Notes under the pieces: generated by a model
What the model saw: only the letters and a program-made list of their open reading frames with translations
Databases searched by the model: none
Told to the model about the DNA's origin: nothing
Virus record (IMG/VR): IMGVR_UViG_2627854143_000002
Strand: one strand, 5' to 3'
From: a virus
Taxonomy: Duplodnaviria; Heunggongvirae; Uroviricota; Caudoviricetes
DNA: 64,000 bases
Shown here: piece by piece, positions 9,117 to 18,437 of the stretch
Layout of the letters: every line of letters starts with the position of its first letter
Numbering within the stretch: position 1 is the stretch's first letter
Position numbers and translations under genes: made by a program

Positions 9117-9242
9117 CCGCGCCCGGAACTGATATGGCTGTTCTGATGTTTCACTGTCGTCCGCACTGGGAGCGTGCGGCTGTGGCGGTCATCGAGTTCA
9201 TGCGACTGCATTACGCAGATCGACGAGACGAGCGACATTGCG

Positions 9243-9629
9243 TTACGACTGTGCAGGCGGCAACTCGATCAAGTCGTCGACGGGCACGGCAAGTGCGCTG
9301 GCGATCTTAGACAGCACGTCGGTAGTACCGACGCGCTGCCGGGTTTCGATTTGGCTGAGATACGGTTTGCTGATGCCGGCTGCTGCGGCGAGCGCATCTT
9401 GCGTCATGCGCAGATGATTGCGCCAAGCTCGAACAGGGTGATCGCCCGCCAGTTCAGCATCGAGCACAGCGGCCGGGATGCGGCGGCCGTCGTCGCTTGC
9501 CTTGGCCTGCGCGTAGAGCGCTTCATCTTCGAGGTCTTCGATCAGGTCCTTCACGCGGTCCCACAGTTCGATGGGGACCACGGCAAAGGCCCGGTGGCCG
9601 TCCTGCTCGATAAATTGAACTTCGGTCAT
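9243..9629 (-). CDS. HTH-XRE antitoxin (HigA-like)
   Basis: ATGA overlap with the upstream toxin gene; C-terminal HTH RMTQDALAAAAGISKPYLSQIE. Confidence 0.7.
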   Translation of the reverse strand: MTEVQFIEQDGHRAFAVVPIELWDRVKDLIEDLEDEALYAQAKASDDGRRIPAAVLDAELAGDHPVRAWRNHLRMTQDALAAAAGISKPYLSQIETRQRVGTTDVLSKIASALAVPVDDLIELPPAQS

Positions 9630-9889
9630 TTGTAGGCACCTCCACGGGGTTTGACGGCCAGCACAACGATCACGACGCGGCCATCTTCGATTTCGTACAA
9701 CACACGCCAATCGCCAACTCGGAGCCGGTAGCCGGGCTGGCCCGCCAACTTTTTCGCGTTCGGATTCGGTGCGTAGGGGTCAACTGCCAGTGCATCGATC
9801 TTTGCCCGAATCGTCGCCGAAATGTTGCGCGGCATTGCCTTGAGGGCTTGGGCGGCTTGTTTGGTGAATTCGATTGAGTGCATGAACAC
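9626..9889 (-). CDS. RelE/ParE-superfamily toxin (HigB-like, toxin-first arrangement)
   Basis: RVGDWRVLYEIEDGRVVIVVLAVKPR motif; 87 aa; upstream of and overlapping the antitoxin. Confidence 0.7.
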   Translation of the reverse strand: MFMHSIEFTKQAAQALKAMPRNISATIRAKIDALAVDPYAPNPNAKKLAGQPGYRLRVGDWRVLYEIEDGRVVIVVLAVKPRGGAYK

Positions 9890-9890
9890 A

Positions 9891-9909
9891 TGTTAGCACA
9901 TTGCTAACA
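9891..9909. promoter_or_regulatory. operator-like inverted repeat TGTTAGCA-CAT-TGCTAACA at the toxin-antitoxin promoter
   Basis: 8-bp inverted arms 2 nt upstream of the toxin ATG; lies within a -35 TTGCAC / -10 TAACAT promoter on the minus strand. Confidence 0.45.
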
Positions 9910-9941
9910 AATGTGCAAACAAAGTTAGCGGATTTGTAGAG

Positions 9942-10298
9942 ATGGCACGACGCCCGATGAAGCCGTGCAAGCACCGGGGGTGCGGTGCGCTCGTCGCGGA
10001 TGGTAAGTCGCACTGCGATCAACATGCGCACGAGGCCGTCAAGTGGAAGTCCGACGCGGTGCGCGGCAATCGTCATGCGCGGGGATACGGAACCGCGTGG
10101 GACAAGATCAGGCAGCGCATCTTGCGCCGCGACAGCGGCCTCTGTCAGCCCTGTTTGCAAGCAGGGCGCGTGACTGTCGCCACTGCGGTTGACCACGTTA
10201 TTTCGAAGGCGCGGGGTGGCACCGACCACGACGAGAACCTGCAAGCGATCTGCCGTGACTGTCACGCGGCGAAGACGGCGCGCGAGCGGTTGCGGTGA
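9942..10298 (+). CDS. HNH endonuclease (phage terminase-associated type)
   Basis: Cys-rich N-terminus; HNH core GLCQPC...DHVISKARGGTDHDENLQAICRDCH. Confidence 0.8.
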   Translation: MARRPMKPCKHRGCGALVADGKSHCDQHAHEAVKWKSDAVRGNRHARGYGTAWDKIRQRILRRDSGLCQPCLQAGRVTVATAVDHVISKARGGTDHDENLQAICRDCHAAKTARERLR

Positions 10299-10324
10299 TG
10301 TGGTGGTGGCTGCGCCCGTCGTTG

Positions 10325-10350
10325 CCCGCCCGGCGTATGCGCCGGGCGGG
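10325..10350. other. GC-rich palindrome CCCGCCCGGCG-TATG-CGCCGGGCGGG (cos-region or terminator candidate)
   Basis: Perfect 11-bp inverted arms between HNH and terS. Confidence 0.4.
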
Positions 10351-10445
10351 GAGGGGGGTGAAAAAGTCTAGGAGGTGTCGCCTCCGGGACCGCCCGCTTC
10401 GTCAAATTTTCACGCCCGCGAAATTAAAAATTCAGGAGTTTGCCA

Positions 10446-10931
10446 GTGGGAGGTATCGCGACAGTGCCGGGCCGGGGCAGAAAACCCAAGCCGACGGCAC
10501 GGAAAATCGCTGCGGGAAATCCCGGTAAACGCGCGCTGAATAAGGACGAGCCAGACTTCGGCTTGGTCACGAACATCGAGCCGCCGGACTGGATTGTCGG
10601 CGAGGCGCGGGGCATGTGGGAGCGCGTTGTGCCGCTGCTTTGTGGACAAAACATCTTGCAAGTGACCGACCTGCACATTGTAGAAATCTTCTGTGCGGCC
10701 TACGGCAACTGGAGGACCGCCCAGGACGATTTGACTCGCAACGGCCCTGTCGTCGACAGCTCGCAAGGCAGTCCGATGAAGAATCCAGCTGCGACCGTTG
10801 TGAAGGAAGCGGCGGCGCAAATGGCGAGTTTCGGCGCAATGCTGGGGCTCGACCCGGCGAGCCGGCAGCGCCTGGTCGGCGCAAAGCCGAAAACAACGGA
10901 CAACCCTTTCGCGAAGCTGCTCGGCAAATGA
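10446..10931 (+). CDS. terminase small subunit (P27 family)
   Basis: GRGRKPKPTARK N-terminus and overall P27-family pattern; RBS CAGGAG. Confidence 0.7.
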   Translation: MGGIATVPGRGRKPKPTARKIAAGNPGKRALNKDEPDFGLVTNIEPPDWIVGEARGMWERVVPLLCGQNILQVTDLHIVEIFCAAYGNWRTAQDDLTRNGPVVDSSQGSPMKNPAATVVKEAAAQMASFGAMLGLDPASRQRLVGAKPKTTDNPFAKLLGK

Positions 10932-10940
10932 TTGGAAGAC

Positions 10941-12653
10941 ATGGCGACGAATTTCCCGCGCGTAGAGCAAGGGCTCAAGTTCGCGCGAGAAGTCGTTCGG
11001 GGCAAGCGCTCCGCTTGTCGGTATGTGCAACTCGCTTGCAAGCGCCACCTTGACGACCTTGCTGCGAGCCGAAAGAAGGACTTCCGCTGGAAGTTCGATC
11101 CGGAGGTGGCCGAGCGGAAGCTCGCACTCATTGAGCTGCTGCCGCACACGAAGGGCGAGTGGGCGTTCAAGGGGCAACTGGTAACGCTGGAGCCGTGGCA
11201 GAAGTTCGGCCTGATGGCGACGTTCGGATGGCTTAATAAGCGCACCGGCAAGCGCCGGTTTCGAGAAAGCTACTGGGAGGTCCCGAGAAAGAACGGCAAA
11301 TCGGTGATTGCCGCGGGCGTTGGCATCGGTATGTTCGTCCTCGACGACGAGTTCGGTGCGGAGGTATATGCGGGCGCGACGACCGAAAAGCAGGCGTGGG
11401 AGGTATTTCGTCCGGCACAGCTGATGGTCAAGCGTTCGCCCATGCTGATTGAGTCGGCTGGAATCGAGGTGAATGCCTCGAACATGAACAAGCCAGCCGA
11501 CGGCAGCCGGTTTGAGCCGATCATCGGCAACCCGGGCGATGGCGCGTCGCCGTCGTGTGCGATCGTAGACGAGTATCACGAGCACGACAGCGCGGCATTG
11601 TACGAAACGATGCTGACTGGCATGGGCGCGCGTCGACAGCCGCTCATGTTCATCATCACGACTGCGGGCGCGAACATCGAGGGGCCGTGCTTCGACAAGC
11701 GCAGGCAGGTGATCGAAATGCTCGAAGGGACGGTGCCCGACGACGAGCTCTTCGGCTGGATTTGGACCATCGACGAAGGGGACGATTGGACCGATCCGCG
11801 CGTGCTGGCGAAAGCCAATCCGAACATCGGGATCTCGGTCTATCAGGAGTATCTCGAAAGCCAGCAACAGCGCGCAATCAAGTCTGCACGCTTCACAAAC
11901 ACGTTTAAGACGAAGCATTTAAACGTCTGGACGTCGGCCAAGGCTGGCTATTTCAACCTCGAAGACTGGAAAGCATGCGAAAACCGATCGCTGACCCTCG
12001 AGCAGTTCGAGGGGCAAGATTGCGTGCTCGCGCTCGACATGGCGCGCAAACTCGACCTGAATAGCATGGCTCGGCTTTTCTGGCGCGACATCGATGGGCG
12101 GCGGCACTACTTCTGCGTTGTGCCGCGGTTCTGGGTGCCCGAAGACACTGTGCGCAATACCGAAAACCGCCGTATGGCGGAGCGATATCAGGCATGGGTC
12201 AATCAGGGCGTTCTGCTCGAAACGGACGGCGCGGAGATCGACTATCGCGACATTCTCGAGGAGGCGAAGGATGCGAACCGGTTGTGCCCGGTGCAATGTA
12301 CTCCGCTCGATCCGCATGGCGCGACGAATCTGGCTCATCAGCTCGAGGACGAAGGGCTGACGCCGGTCACGATCGTGCAGAACTACACGAACATGTCGGA
12401 CCCAATGAAGGAGCTTGAGGCGGCGATTACGGCGGGCCGATTCCATCACGACGGCAACCCGATCATGACATGGTGTATCAGCAATGTCATCGGCAAGAAC
12501 CTGCCGGGCAACGATGACGTGGTGCGCCCGATCAAGCAGGGTAACGACAACAAAATCGACGGTGCTGTTGCGCTGATTATGGCGATAGGTCGGGCCATGC
12601 TGGCCGATCGAGTCGATTCTGAGTCGATCTACGATCAAGGAGTAGGCGTTTGA
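10941..12653 (+). CDS. terminase large subunit
   Basis: 570 aa; Walker A-like VPRKNGKS; nuclease region [16 protein letters not shown]; directly after terS. Confidence 0.9.
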   Translation: MATNFPRVEQGLKFAREVVRGKRSACRYVQLACKRHLDDLAASRKKDFRWKFDPEVAERKLALIELLPHTKGEWAFKGQLVTLEPWQKFGLMATFGWLNKRTGKRRFRESYWEVPRKNGKSVIAAGVGIGMFVLDDEFGAEVYAGATTEKQAWEVFRPAQLMVKRSPMLIESAGIEVNASNMNKPADGSRFEPIIGNPGDGASPSCAIVDEYHEHDSAALYETMLTGMGARRQPLMFIITTAGANIEGPCFDKRRQVIEMLEGTVPDDELFGWIWTIDEGDDWTDPRVLAKANPNIGISVYQEYLESQQQRAIKSARFTNTFKTKHLNVWTSAKAGYFNLEDWKACENRSLTLEQFEGQDCVLALDMARKLDLNSMARLFWRDIDGRRHYFCVVPRFWVPEDTVRNTENRRMAERYQAWVNQGVLLETDGAEIDYRDILEEAKDANRLCPVQCTPLDPHGATNLAHQLEDEGLTPVTIVQNYTNMSDPMKELEAAITAGRFHHDGNPIMTWCISNVIGKNLPGNDDVVRPIKQGNDNKIDGAVALIMAIGRAMLADRVDSESIYDQGVGV

Positions 12654-12835
12654 ATTCAATTGGCATTGCGGCTTGGGTGGCAGGCCTGCTTGGGTTTGCG
12701 TTGCTTGTGACCGGCGTGGCAATGATCAGCTTGCCGGTCGGCTTGATCGTTGCGGGCGTCCTGCTTTTGATGTGGGCGTTTCTGGCGGATCTGGCGTCGG
12801 CCCGCGCCGCACGTGCAGTCCCGTCGAAGGAGTAG
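12650..12835 (+). CDS. small membrane protein (2 TM helices)
   Basis: ATGA overlap with terL stop; strongly hydrophobic. Confidence 0.35.
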   Translation: MNSIGIAAWVAGLLGFALLVTGVAMISLPVGLIVAGVLLLMWAFLADLASARAARAVPSKE

Positions 12836-12838
12836 CCC

Positions 12839-14098
12839 ATGTTTTTCAGTAGGCAATTGCTGTCCAACGGCGGTCAGGCGCAGATGGGCGGTGGAGGATG
12901 GGTATCGGCACTGTTAGGTCGCTCCCGGTCGGAATCCGGTCAGGTCGTCACCCCCGCAAGTGCGTTGTCGCTGACGGTCCTGCAAAACTGTGTCACGCTT
13001 CTTTCGGAGAGCATCGCGCAGTTGCCGATCGAGCTGTACGAACGCTCGGGCGACGACAGAAAGCTGGCGATCGATCATCCCCTGTATTCGATCCTCAAAT
13101 ACCAGCCGAATCCGTGGCAGACGCCGTTTGAGTTTCAGGAGCAGTCACAGGTAGCTGCCGGTCTTCGCGGCAACAGCTACAGCTTCATCGATCGCGATCA
13201 AGACGGTGTCATTCAAGGGCTGTATCCGCTGGATAACGAGGCGGTCACGGTCATGAAAGGCGCGGACCTGATGCCGGTCTATCGGGTCTATGGGTTCGAT
13301 CCTATGCCGAGGCGGATGGTGCATCACGTTCGCTGGATGTCGATCAACGGTTACACAGGGTTGTCACCGGTCTTGCTTCATGCGAACGCGATCGGGTATG
13401 CGCAGGCGATCCAGCAGTACGCCGGCAAGTCGTTCATGAACGGCACGGCGCTGTCGGGTGTGATCGAGCGGCCGAAGGATGCCCCGGCGCTCAAGGACCA
13501 AACCAGCGTGGATCGCATCACCGATGGTTGGAACGAAAAATTCGGCGGATCTGGAAACGCGAAGAAAGTCGCGCTTCTCCAGGAGGGTATGACGTTCAAG
13601 CCACTGTCGATGACGAACGTTGACGCGGCACTGATTGATGCGCTGCGGCTCTCGGCGCTCGATATTGCGCGGATCTACAAGATTCCGGCCCACATGGTGA
13701 ACGAGTTGGAGCGAGCGACGTTCAGCAACATCGAGCACCAGTCGCTCCAGTTCGTCATCTACACGCTGTTGCCGTGGGTCAAGCGGCATGAGCAGGCGAA
13801 GACGCGCGATCTCCTGTTGCCGTCGGAGCGCAAGCAGTACTTCATCGAATACAACCTCGGAGGGCTGTTGCGAGGAGATCAGTCGTCGCGCTACGCCGCA
13901 TACGCGGTCGGACGCCAGTGGGGCTGGCTGTCGATCAACGACATTCGGCGGCTTGAGAACATGCCGCCTGTCAAGGGCGGCGACATCTACCTGAGTCCGA
14001 TGAACATGGTCGACGCGTCGAAGCCGCAGCCGCTTCCTGTCGGCAAAACCGAGCCGACGAAAGCGGCAATCGACGAAATTAGGAGGGTCCTCTCTTGA
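12839..14098 (+). CDS. portal protein (HK97 family)
   Basis: ~420 aa; position after terL; portal-like central region. Confidence 0.85.
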   Translation: MFFSRQLLSNGGQAQMGGGGWVSALLGRSRSESGQVVTPASALSLTVLQNCVTLLSESIAQLPIELYERSGDDRKLAIDHPLYSILKYQPNPWQTPFEFQEQSQVAAGLRGNSYSFIDRDQDGVIQGLYPLDNEAVTVMKGADLMPVYRVYGFDPMPRRMVHHVRWMSINGYTGLSPVLLHANAIGYAQAIQQYAGKSFMNGTALSGVIERPKDAPALKDQTSVDRITDGWNEKFGGSGNAKKVALLQEGMTFKPLSMTNVDAALIDALRLSALDIARIYKIPAHMVNELERATFSNIEHQSLQFVIYTLLPWVKRHEQAKTRDLLLPSERKQYFIEYNLGGLLRGDQSSRYAAYAVGRQWGWLSINDIRRLENMPPVKGGDIYLSPMNMVDASKPQPLPVGKTEPTKAAIDEIRRVLS

Positions 14099-15063
14099 AA
14101 CCGCACCTCAGACTGGCAAGTCTGATTTTCAATCAGCCACAGCTCGTTACGGACCCGATGATGTCGCTCGCGGTGCAATGGGCGAATCACGCGCTCAATT
14201 TGAACATTGTCAATCTGACCGTGAACGGCATGCAGCCGAAGATCATGGAAGACGACGAATCCGAAAGCGGTGCGCAGATGGCTGCTGCATCGGAGCGCCG
14301 GCGTGCCCTGGTATCCGATACCGGCATGGACATCATTCCGGTGTCGGGGATTCTCGTATCGCGATCCGCACACATGAACCCCTGCGAGCCGATGACGAGC
14401 TATGAGGGCTTGCGCGCCGCAGTGAATCAGGCGGTCGCAGATCCGGCCGTCGAACATATCGTGCTCGACATCGACAGCAACGGCGGGAGCGCGACCGGCG
14501 CGTTCGAACTGGCGGACGACATCCGCGCTGCCTCGTTGATGAAGCCGATCACAGCAATCGTCAACTTCTCGGCTTTCTCGGGCGGCTACCTGATCGCAGC
14601 CGCTGCATCGAAGGTGATCGTCAGCCGCACTTCGGGCGTAGGGTCGATTGGCGTCATCGCCAACCATCTCGATGTTTCGAAGCGGGACGAGCTGCAGGGG
14701 ATCAAGGTGACGTCGGTATTTGCCGGGGACCATAAGAATGATCTCACGCCTCATGAGCCGCTGAGCGACCAGTCTCTTACGTTCCTGACGAGCATGGTGC
14801 AAAACAGCTACAAGCAGTTCGTCGATGCAATCGCGAACTTCCGTGGTTTGAGTACGCAAGCGGTAAAGGACACGCAGGCGGGCATCTTCTTCGGACAGAA
14901 GGGCGTTGAGGCTGGGCTCGCGGACAGCGTTGAGACGCCACAGGCAGCGATCAATCGCATCGCAGCCGAAGTTCGCGCTTCCCGAGCCGGTCGTCAAAGC
15001 TCGAACACGCGCCGTAGCGTTTCGGTCCGTGCAGCCGCGATGAACATGCAGGCCATGACGTAA
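14095..15063 (+). CDS. prohead protease (S49/ClpP-like)
   Basis: SppA-like segment VLDIDSNGGSATGAFELADDIRA...NFSAFSGGYLIAAAASK. Confidence 0.8.
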   Translation: MKPHLRLASLIFNQPQLVTDPMMSLAVQWANHALNLNIVNLTVNGMQPKIMEDDESESGAQMAAASERRRALVSDTGMDIIPVSGILVSRSAHMNPCEPMTSYEGLRAAVNQAVADPAVEHIVLDIDSNGGSATGAFELADDIRAASLMKPITAIVNFSAFSGGYLIAAAASKVIVSRTSGVGSIGVIANHLDVSKRDELQGIKVTSVFAGDHKNDLTPHEPLSDQSLTFLTSMVQNSYKQFVDAIANFRGLSTQAVKDTQAGIFFGQKGVEAGLADSVETPQAAINRIAAEVRASRAGRQSSNTRRSVSVRAAAMNMQAMT

Positions 15064-15128
15064 CGAGTCGTCAGAAATCGGATTCCCGTCATTCTGCACT
15101 GGAGCGCGTTCGCGTCTCAGTCAAGCAC

Positions 15129-15154
15129 TGCCGCCTTCGGGCGGCATTTTTTTT
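15129..15154 (+). terminator. terminator hairpin TGCCGCC-TTCG-GGCGGCA plus T8
   Basis: Between protease and capsid genes. Confidence 0.5.
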
Positions 15155-15165
15155 GGAGAAGAGTA

Positions 15166-16473
15166 GTGAATGTCAATGAACTTCGCCGCGAACGCGCAGC
15201 TGTCAATCAGCGGGTGCAAGCGTTGGCACAAATCGAGGTGGGTGGCACGGCGCTGTCGGTCGAGCAACAGGCCGAGTTCGATCAACTCAGTTCGAAATTC
15301 AACGAACTGACCGCGCAGATCGAACGCGCGGAAGCCGCTGAACGCATGGCGGCTGCCGCGGCCGTTCCGGTTGACCCGAATCCGGCTGCCGTCACGGCTC
15401 CGGCCGCCGCGCCCGTGTATGCACAACCGAAAGCCCCGGAAGTAAAGGGCGCGAAGATGGCGCGCATGGTACGCGCGCTCGCTGCGGCGCGCGGCGACGC
15501 GCAGCTTGCCTCGAAGCTCGCGATCGAGCGCGGTTTCGGCGAAGAAGTCGCAATGTCGCTTAATACCCTTTCGCCGGGCGCTGGCGGCGTCCTGGTGCCT
15601 GAGAACCTGTCGAGCGAGGTCATCGAACTGCTGCGTCCGAAGTCCGTCGTTCGCAAGCTCGGCGCGCGCACGCTGCCGCTCTCGAACGGCAACATCACTA
15701 TCCCGCGCCTGAAGGGCGGTGCGATCGTCGGCTACATCGGCGCTGACACCGATATCCCGACGACACAACAGCAGTTCGACGATTTGAAACTGACGGCGAA
15801 GAAGATGGCTGCGCTGGTACCAATCGCCAACGATCTCATCAAGTACGCCGGCGTGAATCCGAACGTCGATCAGATCGTGGTTGGCGACCTCACCGCGGCG
15901 ATCGGTGCACGCGAAGACAAGGCGTTTATTCGCGACGACGGCACGGCAAACACGCCGAAGGGCCTCCGCTTCTGGGCACTCCCCGGTAACGTCATTACGG
16001 CAAGCGACGGCTCGACGTTGCAGAAGATCGAAACGGACCTCGGCAAAGCCATTCTCGCGCTCGAAAATGCCGACGCCAATCTGACGCAGCCTGGCTGGAT
16101 CATGGCCCCGCGTACGTTCCGCTTCCTCGAAGGTCTGCGTGACGGGAACGGCAACAAGGTCTATCCGGAACTCGCCAACGGCATGCTGAAGGGCTACCCG
16201 GTAGGCAAAACCACGCAAGTGCCGATCAATCTCGGTGAAGCCGGCAAAGAGTCGGAGATCTATTTCACCGACTTCGGCGACGTCTTCATCGGCGAGGAAG
16301 AAACGCTGGAGATCGACTACAGCAAGGAAGCCACCTACAAGGACGCCGATGGTCACATGGTCAGTGCGTTTCAGCGCGACCAGACGCTGATCCGGGTGAT
16401 CGCAAAGAACGACTTCGGCCCGCGTCACGTCGAGTCGATCGCGGTGCTGTCCGGCGTGGCCTGGGGCGCGTAA
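15166..16473 (+). CDS. major capsid protein (HK97 family) with N-terminal delta/scaffold domain
   Basis: 435 aa; coiled-coil N-terminus; HK97 MCP-like core; follows the protease. Confidence 0.85.
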   Translation: MNVNELRRERAAVNQRVQALAQIEVGGTALSVEQQAEFDQLSSKFNELTAQIERAEAAERMAAAAAVPVDPNPAAVTAPAAAPVYAQPKAPEVKGAKMARMVRALAAARGDAQLASKLAIERGFGEEVAMSLNTLSPGAGGVLVPENLSSEVIELLRPKSVVRKLGARTLPLSNGNITIPRLKGGAIVGYIGADTDIPTTQQQFDDLKLTAKKMAALVPIANDLIKYAGVNPNVDQIVVGDLTAAIGAREDKAFIRDDGTANTPKGLRFWALPGNVITASDGSTLQKIETDLGKAILALENADANLTQPGWIMAPRTFRFLEGLRDGNGNKVYPELANGMLKGYPVGKTTQVPINLGEAGKESEIYFTDFGDVFIGEEETLEIDYSKEATYKDADGHMVSAFQRDQTLIRVIAKNDFGPRHVESIAVLSGVAWGA

Positions 16474-16532
16474 GCGAAGTCGCAATCGCGCGGTCCGCCC
16501 GTTTGTAAGCGGGCCGCGCATCGGAGAGAAAC

Positions 16533-16718
16533 ATGAAAGTGGTCAAGTTCGAGCGGCATTACGGGAAGTACACGCCCGGCGACATCGCAGGGTTCGATGA
16601 CGAGCATGCGGACAAACTCGTCGATGCCGATATTGCGTCGGCTCATGAGGCGGATGCGAAGAGCGCAAAAGTATCGGCGAAGGGCGAGAGTGCCAAGCCC
16701 ACCTTAGCGAAGGGGTAA
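16533..16718 (+). CDS. hypothetical small phage protein
   Basis: 61 aa after the MCP gene. Confidence 0.3.
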   Translation: MKVVKFERHYGKYTPGDIAGFDDEHADKLVDADIASAHEADAKSAKVSAKGESAKPTLAKG

Positions 16719-16724
16719 CGTGAT

Positions 16725-17291
16725 ATGGCTGCTGTTCTCGTCGAATATCTGGACGACGCGGAGCCGCTCACGTTCGAGGAGGTAGCCTTTCAGTGCCGCA
16801 TCGATGACGACGACGAACGGGATTTCGTCGAGCGCATCGTGATCCCCGGCGCGCGGCAAGCGGCCGAGAGCAAGTCTGGCGCGGCGATACGCAAGGCGCG
16901 CTACGTGGAGCGCCTGTCGGGGTTTCCGCTTGCCGAGATTTCATTGTCTGTCGGGCAGGTTATCCGCGTCGACAGCATTGAGATCCGCGATGCATCGGGA
17001 GCGACAACGACGCTCGACGCCGACGCCTTCGAGCTTGTTCAGTTGGGGCGAGAGGCGCTTCTTGTTCCCGAGGGGCAAGCGCGTTGGCCTTTCGCGCGCG
17101 CCGTGACGATCACGTACCAGGCAGGCGTCGACCTTGCGCGATACCCGTCGGTGCGAACTTGGATGCTGCTCGCAGCCGCATGGGCCTACGACCATCGAGA
17201 GCTCTTCTCGGAGGGGCAGCCCATAGGAGAAATGCCGGGCGGATATGCCGACGTCCTGCTCAATCCGATCACTGTTCCGCCGAGGTTCTGA
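16725..17291 (+). CDS. head-tail connector / DNA-packaging protein (gp6-like)
   Basis: Position and size; acidic N-terminus. Confidence 0.55.
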   Translation: MAAVLVEYLDDAEPLTFEEVAFQCRIDDDDERDFVERIVIPGARQAAESKSGAAIRKARYVERLSGFPLAEISLSVGQVIRVDSIEIRDASGATTTLDADAFELVQLGREALLVPEGQARWPFARAVTITYQAGVDLARYPSVRTWMLLAAAWAYDHRELFSEGQPIGEMPGGYADVLLNPITVPPRF

Positions 17292-17617
17292 TGAAAACGG
17301 GAAAATTGAAGGAGCGGATCGTCATCGAGCGGCCGAGCGGTGAGACGAATGAGAACGATGAGCCGATTCCGGGAGCGTGGATCGTGCATGCGCGGCCGTG
17401 GGCCGATGTTCTCTTTCTGAACGGAAAGGAGCACGTCATCTCCGGCGCGGTTCGTGGTGCAACGATCGCGAGCATGCGCATCCGCTATCGAGCCGGTATC
17501 GACGAGCAGATGCGCGTTCGCTACGACGGCCGGCTCTACGACATCACAGCCGTACTGCCCGCGCGCAAACGGGGGTATCTCGACCTATCGGTGAAGGTGG
17601 GAGAAAAATATGTCTAG
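17291..17617 (+). CDS. head closure (head-tail joining) protein
   Basis: ATGA overlap; ~108 aa typical. Confidence 0.6.
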   Translation: MKTGKLKERIVIERPSGETNENDEPIPGAWIVHARPWADVLFLNGKEHVISGAVRGATIASMRIRYRAGIDEQMRVRYDGRLYDITAVLPARKRGYLDLSVKVGEKYV

Positions 17618-18032
17618 CGTGCAGATCATCGGTTTAAACGACCTGCAGGCTGATTTCGCGAAACTGGCAAAGGCGCAATCTCGGTCGGTACTCCGGAAGG
17701 CGACTATGGCGGGCGCGCGCGTCATCACCCGCGCGGCGAGAAAGCGCGCGCCGAAGAAGTCGGGGAAGCTGCGCCGCAATATCGTCGCGGCGCCACTGAA
17801 ACAGAAGGATGGGCAGGGCATCGCGGTGGCGGGGATGCGCGTGCGAACACAGGGCAAGGCTGATTCGCCGAACAACGCGTTCCATTGGCGATTCGTTGAG
17901 CTGGGGACGCAGCACATGCAAGCGCAGCCGTTCGCTAGACCAGGTTTCGACGAATCGATTGATGAAGCGGAGGCTGCAGTGCGTACGGAAGTCGCGCGCG
18001 CTATCGATCAACTGCTTGGAGGCCGGCGTTGA
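17610..18032 (+). CDS. HK97 gp10-like tail component
   Basis: N-terminus MSSVQIIGLNDLQADFAKL..; 140 aa. Confidence 0.6.
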   Translation: MSSVQIIGLNDLQADFAKLAKAQSRSVLRKATMAGARVITRAARKRAPKKSGKLRRNIVAAPLKQKDGQGIAVAGMRVRTQGKADSPNNAFHWRFVELGTQHMQAQPFARPGFDESIDEAEAAVRTEVARAIDQLLGGRR

Positions 18033-18376
18033 GCGCAATCGTAATCCGTGACGCCTTGCAGGGCATAGGTGGTGCGAAGGGGTATCTCGGCGTCGCACCG
18101 GAGAAGGCGCCAGCGCCGTATTTCGTCGTGACGCGCGTACATGGCGCGCTCGACATGGCGCTCGCCGGGCTGACTGGCGGCCGTTCCGGTTCCTATCAGA
18201 TCGACTGCTACGCGCCGACGTTCACCGACGCCGATCGGCTCGCCGACTTGGCAGTCGATCGTGCGATGTCGGTTCAGGATCGGTTCTCGGTCGGAGGTGT
18301 CGACGAGTTGCCGGACGACTATTCGGAGGACACGGGACTATTCCGTATCAGCTTGGAACTATCGGTCGAGTTTTGA
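18029..18376 (+). CDS. tail completion protein (gp11/DUF3168-like)
   Basis: TTG start with GGAGG RBS; position in the tail module. Confidence 0.5.
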   Translation: MSAIVIRDALQGIGGAKGYLGVAPEKAPAPYFVVTRVHGALDMALAGLTGGRSGSYQIDCYAPTFTDADRLADLAVDRAMSVQDRFSVGGVDELPDDYSEDTGLFRISLELSVEF

Positions 18377-18398
18377 CCGGCACCACGACAATTCATTT

Positions 18399-18427
18399 GG
18401 CCCGCCGCGTGCGGGCTTTTTCTTTTG
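18399..18427 (+). terminator. terminator/attenuator GCCCGCCGCGTGCGGGC plus T-tract upstream of the major tail gene
   Basis: Hairpin plus TTTTTCTTTT. Confidence 0.5.
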
Positions 18428-18437
18428 TGAGGGGTAT

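Larger units (their letters stand above)
8239..9125. repeat. copy A of a ~0.9-kb direct repeat (copy B at 61071-61908 and 62172-62217)
   Basis: Near-identical DNA covering the C-terminus of ORF 7959-8402, brnTA and the terminator. Confidence 0.85.

Noticed and set aside
10410-11918. 502-aa ORF on the minus strand antisense to terS/terL. Similar long antisense ORFs occur at 182-820, 965-1651, 13987-15099, 15121-16521, 19563-20783, 21522-23882, 25593-26327, 28727-30031 and 36196-36879.
   Set aside because: They are Arg/Pro/Ala-rich with low complexity, have no motifs, and are fully antisense to well-supported phage genes. This is the typical artefact of >60% GC DNA lacking stop codons.
16474-16532. 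Terminator after the major capsid gene.
   Set aside because: A GC hairpin is present (GCGCGGTCCGCCCG...GCGGGCCGCGC) but no U-tract follows, so I did not annotate it as an intrinsic terminator.
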